Program-made: the position numbers and the translations under genes
From: an uncultured Lachnospiraceae bacterium
GTDB taxonomy: Bacteria; Bacillota; Clostridia; Lachnospirales; Lachnospiraceae
Assembly: GCA_946533525.1 (NCBI GenBank)
Contig: CAMNBW010000001.1
Span: 1-33,731 of the forward strand
Direction: 5' to 3'
DNA: 33,731 nt
Shown here: positions 8,566 through 17,755 of the stretch, piece by piece
Position numbering within the stretch: the first letter of the stretch is position 1
How the letters are laid out: each line of letters opens with the position of its first letter
The notes under the pieces: model-generated
Told to the model about the DNA's origin: nothing
Seen by the model: only the letters and a program-made list of their open reading frames with translations
Database searches by the model: none

Positions 8566-11008
8566 AATCTTTCTCCTTAATGTTTCCTTCGTCGAAGCGT
8601 AATTGAGGGATACCCTCATTTACGCTCGCCCAGAATCCGTTTACCTCTTCCCCTATGGCATAGGAGTCCGTTTCCGTGATATTGTCCCATTCCTCGGGAA
8701 ACAGCCCTTTGTACCCTCTTCCGGTAAATCTTTCGTCCATAAGAACTACTATCCCCAGATCCTTTTCGGTACGTATGACCCGTCCCGCGGCCTGCAAAAC
8801 CTTGATGATCCCCGGGAAGCGGTAAGCATAGTCAAAGCCGTTCATCTCCCGCAGGTCAAAATGCTTCTTCAGAAGCTCTCTTTCCTTTGTAAGCATCGGA
8901 AGCCCTGTTCCTACCACCAATGCCCCTATAAGGGCGTCCTCTTTAAGGTCGATGCCTTCCGAGAACACTCCTCCCAGGACGCAAAAGCCCACAAGATTGC
9001 CGCTTTTCCTGTTTCTGAATTCCTCCAGGAAGGCGTTTCTGGCTTCCTCGCTCATGCTCTTAGCCTGCTTCACCGCAGCTATGCCGTCCTGCGCGAATTT
9101 TTCCTCATATATGCTGTAGACCTCATCCATAAAGCTGTAGGAGGGGAAGAAGGCCATGTAATTACCTTCCCGCTGGGAACAGACATCTTTAATAACTCTC
9201 GCTATGTTATTGTAGGTCTGCTCTCCCCTCTGCTTGTAAAGAGAACTTACATCTTCAACTATAAAATGACCACACCTGTTATTATCAAAAGTAGATCTGG
9301 CATAGACCGTATAATCCCTCCTGTCGGCGCTGATAAGGTCTATATAGTAGGTTACGGGTATGAGCGTCGCCGAAAAGAATACTGCGCTTCTCTTTCCAAG
9401 GTATTCCATGAGATTTGACGAAGGATTTACGCACATAAGCTTTATCCTTACGTTATTTTCATGGATACGCTCAATATAGTTTACATAACTTTCTTCATCA
9501 TAGAGACCTGCCGTGAAAACAAAGCTGTTCAGCTCAAAATAAAAGTTAAGTATATCCTCGTCGTCAAAGAGGCCTTTAAGCTCCTTGGCATCGAGCATAT
9601 CCTCAAATAAGGCCAGGGCCTTTCCCGCAATTAGGATAAATTCGTCCTTATCCACGTTTTCGGCAAAATCCCCGTGCCTATCGCTTAGATCATCCAGTAT
9701 TTTGACAAGCTTTCCAAGCTGTGTCCCGGCCCTTGTGGGAATACGCTTCGGAAATTCTCCGTTCTTCACGGCATTCCTCAGTTTTTTCCTAACAGCTGCT
9801 ATCCTTGCGCTGTCCAGGGAGGCACTGTACATCTGTCTCGCCCTGTCCACGAGATTATGCGCCTCGTCTACAAGGATCAGCTCGCTGCCGTCCTTGCCGG
9901 GGGCAAAATAGTCCGCCAAAGCCGCTTTTGGATCGAAAACATAGTTATAGTCACATATGACCGCATCGGCAAAGGTCGCCAGATCCAGCGCGAGCTCATA
10001 CGGACACACACCGGCCTTCAGGGCCGCATCGGAAAGGTCCTCCCGGCTGTAGATGTCCGCGGAGGTAAGGAGGTTATAGAGCACATCATTTACCCTGTCG
10101 AAGTGCCCCTTTGCATAGGGACATTCATCCGGATTACACTTTACCTCCTCGTTAAGGCAGACCTTTTCCCTTCCGGCAATAACGACCGTTTTTATCTTCA
10201 GCCCTTTAGAGGCCATAGCATCAAAGGCCTCTACTGCGGCCTGTCCGGTCACGGTTTTCCCTGTAAGATAAAATATCTTATCCGTGCGTCCTTCTCCAAT
10301 GGCTTTTACGGCAGGGAAGGTAACGCAAAGGGTTTTGCCGACTCCCGTAGGCGCCATTAAAAACAGGCGTTTTCTATGATAGATCGTCCTGTAGACATTG
10401 GCTGCCAGTTCCTTCTGACCTTCCCTGTAAGGATAGGGAAATTCCAGTTCAGAAGCCGAAGCATTGCGTAGCTTCTTCCACTGGACGATAAACACCGCCC
10501 ACTTATGGTATGCATTTATAAGTTCTTTTAAAAATTGAGTTATTTCACCGATGGTATAGGAGTAATGGAAATATTTTATCTCCATCGAATCGATACTGCA
10601 GTAGGTCATTCTGACGCCGACTTCCCGCAATGCTCGCTGTTCGGCTACGATGGCAGCATAAACCTTCGCCTGTGCAAGATGAACCTCCTTCGGCTCCTCC
10701 AGATGCTTAACATCCCCGTAAACAGATTTTATCTCGTCTATTATGACCTGATTATCCAGGGTGATTATGCCGTCAGCCCTGCCCTCGATCACCAGCTCAT
10801 ACTCATCCGCCTCATGAATAAACTTCAAGGGGACCTCTGCACGGTAATCATAGTCCTCGGTGCTTTGTTCCTCCTGAAGTTTCCTGTGTATCATGGACCC
10901 CATCTGCATAGCTTCCGCCGATGAGGCCGAATGCCTCCTGTCAATATCTCCGCTTCTTAATATAAACTCCACCAGATGCCTTACTGATATGGATATGCTG
11001 TCGTTCAT
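8552..11008 (-). CDS. DinG/XPD(Rad3)-family SF2 Fe-S DNA helicase with N-terminal PD-(D/E)xK (RecB/Cas4-like) nuclease domain
   Basis: Q-motif YREGQ, Walker A APTGVGKT, DEAH box, FFSATL, FSEGID, QAAGRVIR; four Cys (VC..KC..ECP..VCP); N-terminal GSMIH..EGRADG..DEIKS..QAKVY. Confidence 0.9.
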   Translation of the reverse strand: MNDSISISVRHLVEFILRSGDIDRRHSASSAEAMQMGSMIHRKLQEEQSTEDYDYRAEVPLKFIHEADEYELVIEGRADGIITLDNQVIIDEIKSVYGDVKHLEEPKEVHLAQAKVYAAIVAEQRALREVGVRMTYCSIDSMEIKYFHYSYTIGEITQFLKELINAYHKWAVFIVQWKKLRNASASELEFPYPYREGQKELAANVYRTIYHRKRLFLMAPTGVGKTLCVTFPAVKAIGEGRTDKIFYLTGKTVTGQAAVEAFDAMASKGLKIKTVVIAGREKVCLNEEVKCNPDECPYAKGHFDRVNDVLYNLLTSADIYSREDLSDAALKAGVCPYELALDLATFADAVICDYNYVFDPKAALADYFAPGKDGSELILVDEAHNLVDRARQMYSASLDSARIAAVRKKLRNAVKNGEFPKRIPTRAGTQLGKLVKILDDLSDRHGDFAENVDKDEFILIAGKALALFEDMLDAKELKGLFDDEDILNFYFELNSFVFTAGLYDEESYVNYIERIHENNVRIKLMCVNPSSNLMEYLGKRSAVFFSATLIPVTYYIDLISADRRDYTVYARSTFDNNRCGHFIVEDVSSLYKQRGEQTYNNIARVIKDVCSQREGNYMAFFPSYSFMDEVYSIYEEKFAQDGIAAVKQAKSMSEEARNAFLEEFRNRKSGNLVGFCVLGGVFSEGIDLKEDALIGALVVGTGLPMLTKERELLKKHFDLREMNGFDYAYRFPGIIKVLQAAGRVIRTEKDLGIVVLMDERFTGRGYKGLFPEEWDNITETDSYAIGEEVNGFWASVNEGIPQLRFDEGNIKEKDYVGR

Positions 11009-11026
11009 ATAATTACGGCTGTGTTT

Positions 11027-12031
11027 TTATAACAATCTGAGTCCATGTGCCCTTGCATAGGCAACATCCTCGATCTTCCATACACTGCTGTGAACTTCTC
11101 CGATATGGGCCTTTCTTAAGAAATACATACAGATCCTCGACTGTCCGATACCTCCGCCGATAGTCAGGGGCAGCTCTCCGGCTATCAGAGCCTTTTGGAA
11201 TTCCAGCTTTGCCCTGTCCGGACAGCCGGCTTTATCCAACTGCTCCACGATGGATTTTTCATCCACCCTGATGCCCATGGAGGAAATTTCGTATGCGCAG
11301 TCCAGAACGGGATAATATAAAATGATGTCTCCGTTCAGGCTCCAGTCGTCATAGTCGGGAGCGCGGCCGTCATGGGGCTCTCCGTTGCTGAGCTTATCTC
11401 CTATCTGCGACACAAAGGCCGCGCCCTTGTCCTTTACATAGGCCTTTTCCCTCTCCTTGGGGGAAAGATCCGGATACATATCCAAAAGCTCCTGTGAGCT
11501 TATGAAGGATAATTCTGCCGGAAGCATGGGCTCCAGAAAGTCATATTTATCGGCCAGATATGTCTCGGTCTTCTTCAACGCCTCATAAACATGTCCCACC
11601 GTAGCCTTGAGGGTCTCATAGGTCCTTTCCTCGCGGTTTATAACCTTCTCCCAGTCCCATTGATCCACGTAGATGGAATGGAGATTGTCCGTATCCTCGT
11701 CCCGCCTTATGGCCGTCATATCGGCATAAAGACCTTCTCCCGCACTGAAGCCGTACTGCTTAAGGGCATATCTTTTCCATTTAGCCAGAGACTGAACTAT
11801 CTCGACTACCTTGCCCTCATCCTTTGTATCGAAGCTGACCGGACGCTCCACCCCGTTTAAGTTGTCGTTTAAGCCGCTTTCGGGCTTGACAAAAAGAGGG
11901 GCCGATACACGGGTAAGATTAAGCTGCGCCGCCAAAGCCCTCTCGAAAAAATCCTTAACTTCCTTTATTGCCACCTGGGTGGCGCGAATATCCATCTTCG
12001 GGGCATAGCCCTCCGGAACAATTATAGCCAT
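11027..12031 (-). CDS. asnA: Aspartate--ammonia ligase
   Basis: [33 protein letters not shown] and [10 protein letters not shown] motifs; RBS GGAGGAAAGG. Confidence 0.96.
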   Translation of the reverse strand: MAIIVPEGYAPKMDIRATQVAIKEVKDFFERALAAQLNLTRVSAPLFVKPESGLNDNLNGVERPVSFDTKDEGKVVEIVQSLAKWKRYALKQYGFSAGEGLYADMTAIRRDEDTDNLHSIYVDQWDWEKVINREERTYETLKATVGHVYEALKKTETYLADKYDFLEPMLPAELSFISSQELLDMYPDLSPKEREKAYVKDKGAAFVSQIGDKLSNGEPHDGRAPDYDDWSLNGDIILYYPVLDCAYEISSMGIRVDEKSIVEQLDKAGCPDRAKLEFQKALIAGELPLTIGGGIGQSRICMYFLRKAHIGEVHSSVWKIEDVAYARAHGLRLL

Positions 12032-12084
12032 TTTTAATCCTTTCCTCCGCTTAAGAGCCTCATCAGTTCATGCCTGAATATATA

Positions 12085-12954
12085 TTAATAGGACAATATC
12101 TCATAACCGTCTTCGGTCACCACAAGATGCACTTCCCACTGTGCCGAAAGAGAACCGTCCTCAGTATATATGGTCCAGCCGTTATCTGCGTCTTCATATA
12201 TTTCCTGAGCTCCCATATTTACCATAGGCTCAATGGTAAAGCTCATGCCGGGAACCATAAGCATTTCTTTTCCGGGTTTTGAAACGTAGCTGACCCAGGG
12301 CTCCTCATGGAAATCAAGCCCGCAGCCGTGACCGCCTATCTCCCTGACTACGGAATAGCCCTGGGATTTGCAGAATTCGTTTATAGCCGAGCCCATGTCT
12401 CCGAGGAACCTCCAGGGCTTAACCTCATCCAGACCGATCTGCACGCTCTTTTTGACGTCTTCGACCAGCTTCCGGGCCTTAGGGTCCACATCGCCTATCA
12501 TGAACATTCTCGAAGAGTCAGCATAATAGCCGTTATATATCGTTGTGCAGTCCACATTGATAATATCCCCGTCCTGAAGGATGTCCTCCTCGGAAGGGAT
12601 ACCGTGGCAGACCTGATCGTTTAGCGAGGTACAGCAGCTCTTCGGAAAGCCTTCATAACCCAGAGTAGCGGCAATGCCCCCAAACTCCTTTGTCTTGGCA
12701 GCCACCCAGTCATCTATCTCCTGAGTGGATATTCCTGCCTTTATATGCTCGGCAACATAGTCCAGAATGGCAATATTCCTTTTTCCGCTTTCCCTGATGC
12801 CTTCTATCTGTTCCCTGGTCTTTAATATCTCGTGTTTGGGAACCTTATGTCCCTGGGCCCTGATGCTTTCTATCCTCTCATCAAAGGCCAGGTGACAGGT
12901 CTTATATTTTCTTCCGCTTCCACACCAGCAGGGCTCATTTCTCCCAAGCTGCAT
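12085..12954 (-). CDS. map: Type I methionyl aminopeptidase with N-terminal SEC-C zinc-binding motif
   Basis: GRNEPCWCGSGRKYKTCH; VCHGIP, INVD, DSSRM, GHG..FHEEP, TIEPM and AQWE metal-site motifs; RBS AGGAGG. Confidence 0.95.
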   Translation of the reverse strand: MQLGRNEPCWCGSGRKYKTCHLAFDERIESIRAQGHKVPKHEILKTREQIEGIRESGKRNIAILDYVAEHIKAGISTQEIDDWVAAKTKEFGGIAATLGYEGFPKSCCTSLNDQVCHGIPSEEDILQDGDIINVDCTTIYNGYYADSSRMFMIGDVDPKARKLVEDVKKSVQIGLDEVKPWRFLGDMGSAINEFCKSQGYSVVREIGGHGCGLDFHEEPWVSYVSKPGKEMLMVPGMSFTIEPMVNMGAQEIYEDADNGWTIYTEDGSLSAQWEVHLVVTEDGYEILSY

Positions 12955-12990
12955 CTTTAACCTCCTAAAAATAGTTATCGGACATAGGTG

Positions 12991-13770
12991 TTATGCAGTT
13001 TTACGCTGCCATTTCTTATTGCGAAACCTCATACATCCAATAACGCTTGATATTATAATATATATAACTGACGAAATTATGATTTTGGGAATATCCAGTG
13101 TTGCGTAAAACTGGAGTGACTGGAACTGCGGGGTCAACAGCAGTTCTCTTATGGCATGCATAGGTGCCAGACCGAAATTGTCAGTTGAAAGAAGCATTAT
13201 AATGCGCGGTATAATAACAACAAATATTATATAAAACAGATATGCTCTCTTCTTGTTATCAAACAGAAAAAGAAACATGTTTGATATAGAAACACCTGCC
13301 ATCAGCAGAGGGAAGGCGTAGGCCACATTCTGAATAAAGTCCAGAACCACAGACGAATCTATAGTCCCGTCATGTATCTGAAAAACAGCCGTTACCGTCA
13401 AGAACAGCACGGTTGTGATCACTGTAAAGATAAATAATAACAGCCACTGTGCAATTAATTTTCCCAAATATATCCCGGTTCGTCCCAATCCCCGATTAGA
13501 ACGGTTTCTTATCCTGGGATCCGGATATGTTTCTCCGAAAACTATATCCGCCAAAACAATACAACTGTAATAAGGTATCCAAAAGAACCCTTTGGCAAAC
13601 ATTATCAGATTGTAGGCATAAGTTCCGTCATTTATGCCATACAAAAGATCTCTGAAAACGGTTATTGCCAGGTTAGCCAGTAAACATGCGATGATGATGC
13701 ATATAAAATAGCTTCTGCAGAGTTTTCTCTTAAATGCCTGCTTTAACTCGCTTATAATATAATAGATCAT
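12991..13770 (-). CDS. Multi-pass membrane protein resembling an ABC-2 type export permease
   Basis: About 6 hydrophobic segments; N-terminal 'ISELKQAFKRK' and 'GLGRTGIYLGKL' patterns resemble ABC-2 permeases. Probable start ATG 13770, since the track's extension runs through the guaB hairpin. Confidence 0.65.
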   Translation of the reverse strand: MIYYIISELKQAFKRKLCRSYFICIIIACLLANLAITVFRDLLYGINDGTYAYNLIMFAKGFFWIPYYSCIVLADIVFGETYPDPRIRNRSNRGLGRTGIYLGKLIAQWLLLFIFTVITTVLFLTVTAVFQIHDGTIDSSVVLDFIQNVAYAFPLLMAGVSISNMFLFLFDNKKRAYLFYIIFVVIIPRIIMLLSTDNFGLAPMHAIRELLLTPQFQSLQFYATLDIPKIIISSVIYIIISSVIGCMRFRNKKWQRKTA

Positions 13771-13805
13771 AATATATCTTAATCTCCGCGACAGCTCACA
13801 CGTGC

Positions 13806-13840
13806 ATACATAACAAGCCGGCAGAAACAAGCCTGCCGGG
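13806..13840 (-). terminator. Probable intrinsic terminator of guaB
   Basis: CCGGCAG (13818-13824) / CTGCCGG (13833-13839) stem about 25 nt past the guaB stop, followed on the minus strand by CTTGTTATGTAT (imperfect U-tract). Confidence 0.55.
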
Positions 13841-13863
13841 ATGTTATGCGTACTCTCTGGTAA

Positions 13864-15339
<1,476 letters not shown>

Positions 15340-15390
15340 TTAAATTTTCAACAAACTGTAGTTTCTTTAGCTGACTTCTACAAGATATTG

Positions 15391-15409
15391 TACAGTTTCG
15401 TAAACTGTA
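15391..15409. promoter_or_regulatory. Perfect inverted repeat TACAGTTT-N3-AAACTGTA over the guaB -10/start site (candidate operator)
   Basis: Arms at 15391-15398 and 15402-15409; extra half-sites at 15353-15360 and 15436-15442. Confidence 0.45.
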
Positions 15410-15432
15410 TCAAAAAAAGCCATTCATGTCAA
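15404..15432 (-). promoter_or_regulatory. Sigma-A-type promoter for guaB
   Basis: -35 TTGACA (15432-15427), 17-bp spacer, -10 TACAGT (15409-15404). Confidence 0.7.
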
Positions 15433-15483
15433 TGTAAACTGTGTTGTAAATCAGTGAAAAACCCGCTAAATTGATACAATTCA

Positions 15484-15500
15484 GTGGTCAGCCAGACCAC
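15484..15500 (-). terminator. Hairpin downstream of the DUF6106-like gene
   Basis: GTGGTC-N5-GACCAC about 12 nt after the stop; no clean U-tract. Confidence 0.3.
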
Positions 15501-15512
15501 CGGGCTGCAGCG

Positions 15513-16031
15513 CTAATTTGCATACCGCCTTATCCTAAGCTTCGGATACCTGTCATAAATTGCCTTTATTATCTTTTCTCCCGGCTCTATAAGGGCGTAA
15601 TCCATGTTCCCCATATACGGGCAGGCCAGAACATATCTGTCCGCCTCCTCCCTGCCGGAGGAAAGATCGAGCTTCCTGTATGAAGCCTTGCCCTGTCCGC
15701 TCTGCCCGCTTTGTCCGGCCTCGTTTTCAGGAAGCAGGAATTCAACGTCGCTTAAGGAATAGTTCACCAGATTCCTTCTGCTTTTCTTTGAATAAATGCA
15801 GTCAACTGAAAGCTCCCCGGCTACAAAGAGATATTCATATTCGACATCAAGCCTCGGAAAAAAGATAATTCCTGCCACGAGGCAGCCAAGAGCAGGCAGC
15901 AAAAACAGGGCGTTCATAAAGACCGCCAGGAACACGAATAAAAGAGCCGCGGCTATGACCCCAGCCTTTATAAGCATATCCGTACCGCGCCTTTGCCTCT
16001 CAATCCTGTATTCCAGTGACAGATCATCCAT
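15513..16031 (-). CDS. Conserved hypothetical membrane protein (DUF6106-like)
   Basis: Two N-terminal TM helices followed by 'VEYEYLFVAGELSVDCIYSKKSRR', recognised from memory as DUF6106-like; RBS AAGGAG. Confidence 0.7.
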   Translation of the reverse strand: MDDLSLEYRIERQRRGTDMLIKAGVIAAALLFVFLAVFMNALFLLPALGCLVAGIIFFPRLDVEYEYLFVAGELSVDCIYSKKSRRNLVNYSLSDVEFLLPENEAGQSGQSGQGKASYRKLDLSSGREEADRYVLACPYMGNMDYALIEPGEKIIKAIYDRYPKLRIRRYAN

Positions 16032-16593
16032 AGCTCCTTCTCCTTTCGAAGTGCATCAGAAATCTCATAATAAAAAACGTTCCCACGAAGCCCGACACCA
16101 TGCCGACTGCCTGCCACGGAACCTTACCCATAAACGAGAAAACCTCGAGCGAGCTTATCAGGTATATAAATATGTTTGCACTTCCGTGCAGCAGCCATGA
16201 AGCCAGTATGGAATTGAACAGCCAGAAGCAATAAGCCAGCAAAAGTCCGAAGGCAAATGAATACAGGAACTGCACCGTATTTCTGTGATAAATTCCGAAA
16301 ACCGCAGAAGATACAATTCCTGCGGTTTTCACCGGGACAAAGCCCGAAAGTTTATCAAACAATATCCATCTGAAAAGCAATTCCTCTATCCCGGGTATGA
16401 TAAAACCGTACATTACAAGCCCTATGGAAAGGGAATTTGAAAATAGTACCTCGTAGACCTCCTCTGTATAGGAAGGAAATAATTCGGTAAGCTTGAGCAA
16501 AGATATAAAGCAGTTCAACCCCAGGGATGCACATATCCCTAAGGGAACCATTATAAGCAGCTCTTTAAAGCCCAAAGAATGCATCGACTCCAT
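16024..16593 (-). CDS. CPBP (CAAX type II/Abi) family intramembrane glutamic endopeptidase
   Basis: EELLFR, FGIYH and HGSAN motifs within hydrophobic helices. Start uncertain (ATG at 16593, 16584 or 16551); the first two overlap the end of the amidase gene. Confidence 0.8.
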   Translation of the reverse strand: MESMHSLGFKELLIMVPLGICASLGLNCFISLLKLTELFPSYTEEVYEVLFSNSLSIGLVMYGFIIPGIEELLFRWILFDKLSGFVPVKTAGIVSSAVFGIYHRNTVQFLYSFAFGLLLAYCFWLFNSILASWLLHGSANIFIYLISSLEVFSFMGKVPWQAVGMVSGFVGTFFIMRFLMHFERRRSYG

Positions 16594-17629
16594 CCGCCAT
16601 GCCCTTTGCCAGCTTAGCCTGATACGAAGGATCCTGCATTTGAGCGTCCTCGGCCGCATTCGTCATATAACCCATCTCAACTATAGTGACGGGAACCCGG
16701 CTCCAGTTAATTCCGCTCATATTGTCCGTTATCTTCACGCCCCTGTTCTTGGCTCCCGTGGCGGCGCAAAGCCCGTCTAACACTGTCTTTGAAAGCGCCT
16801 GGCTCTGGGCGGCTATACCGCTGCAATAGGGGTTTGACGAGGAAGGCGCCAATGTCTCCGCACCCGAAGCCTCTCCCGAGCCGGCTCCGTTTCCATGCAG
16901 CCTTAAAAATGCTCCGGCTCCCGCATTATTGGCGATCTCGGCTCTCTCGGCGTTGCTGATATTTACATCGTGGCTGGTGCGGCACATTATTACCGTATAG
17001 CCTCTCGACTGGAGCTCGCTTTGAAGCTTCATCGCCACATCGAGTGTAAGCTGGTACTCCGGTACTCCGGTGGCTACGCCCCTGGTTCCTCCGGCAACCT
17101 TTGCCTTGGTCTGGGTGGCTCCGGGGCCTATAGGCTCCTGTGCATTATTTCCCTTTGACTGGTGGCCCGCATCTATGCAGACTACGCGGTTATTGGTGGC
17201 TACCGGTGTAGTGGCTGTCTCGGCCTCTGTCTGAGAGGCGGCAGGCTCCGTATTTTCCGTCGTCTCTTCAGTGCCCCCGGCAACCGCTGTATCCGCGGCA
17301 TCTGCTCCGGCTTCCGCCGTTCCGGCGTCCTCCCCGGTTAACTCCGCAGCTTCCGCAGTTTCTTCCGCAGCATCTGTAGTCTCCGCAGCTTCCGTATTGT
17401 CCGTATTTTCCATAACAACCTCACCGGTATCCGGTACTGTAACGGGATTGCTTAGTGTCTCCAATATGCTCTGCCAATCAGCGTTATAAACAAAGGAAGT
17501 CGGTATCTCCCGTAAGACCGTCTCCGCTCCGGCGCTGGGTATTATAAACAATTCGGCTCCGAAGGCATTCACCGCCAGGAGCACTGTCAATACCGCAATG
17601 CAGAACACAAGCTTTAAAACCCTTTTCAT
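16565..17629 (-). CDS. Secreted N-acetylmuramoyl-L-alanine amidase (Amidase_3)
   Basis: Signal peptide MKRVLK...AFG-A; A/E/T-rich linker; Zn-site motifs IDAGH, PEY, LHGN and VEMGYMTN; RBS GGAGGAG. Confidence 0.93.
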   Translation of the reverse strand: MKRVLKLVFCIAVLTVLLAVNAFGAELFIIPSAGAETVLREIPTSFVYNADWQSILETLSNPVTVPDTGEVVMENTDNTEAAETTDAAEETAEAAELTGEDAGTAEAGADAADTAVAGGTEETTENTEPAASQTEAETATTPVATNNRVVCIDAGHQSKGNNAQEPIGPGATQTKAKVAGGTRGVATGVPEYQLTLDVAMKLQSELQSRGYTVIMCRTSHDVNISNAERAEIANNAGAGAFLRLHGNGAGSGEASGAETLAPSSSNPYCSGIAAQSQALSKTVLDGLCAATGAKNRGVKITDNMSGINWSRVPVTIVEMGYMTNAAEDAQMQDPSYQAKLAKGMADGVDAFFGL

Positions 17630-17689
17630 CTATCCTCTCCTCCGTAGATCAGGGAACCGCTTATGCGGTAATCCATATTTAGGGATTCA

Positions 17690-17718
17690 ATTTTACCACT
17701 AATACTTCCCTTTGTCAC
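17690..17718 (-). promoter_or_regulatory. Sigma-A-type promoter for the amidase operon
   Basis: -35 GTGACA (17718-17713), 17-bp spacer, extended -10 TGgTAAAAT (hexamer 17695-17690). Confidence 0.65.
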
Positions 17719-17720
17719 AT

Positions 17721-17750
17721 AAAAAACCATGGAAAATCAGGTTTTTTCCA
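17721..17750 (-). terminator. Probable terminator after addA
   Basis: Minus strand TGGAAAA-N7-TTTTCCA then TGGTTTTTT, starting a few nt after the addA stop; AT-rich stem. Confidence 0.45.
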
Positions 17751-17755
17751 ATAAT

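Noticed and set aside
8566-8619. Extended ORF-track starts (GH13 at 8619; likewise hisC 27662, CPBP 16659, permease 13830)
   Set aside because: They run well into upstream genes or a terminator; downstream ATGs fit the family N-termini or RBS positions better.
10500-11008. Cas4/CasDinG-like features suggesting a CRISPR-Cas locus
   Set aside because: No repeat-spacer array or other cas genes are present; the context is housekeeping.
12040-12084. CTGATGAG preceded by a TTCA-ggca-TGAA hairpin on the minus strand upstream of asnA, suggesting a type III hammerhead ribozyme
   Set aside because: Stem II does not close onto a GAAA, the nearby GAAA is part of the asnA RBS, and no stem III pairing with the upstream UH site exists. 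The gap is also too short for a T-box.
15350-15400. Canonical guanine riboswitch upstream of guaB
   Set aside because: The P1-like ends resemble it, but the interior is only about 24 nt and lacks the UUUCUAC junction and the P2/P3 kissing loops.
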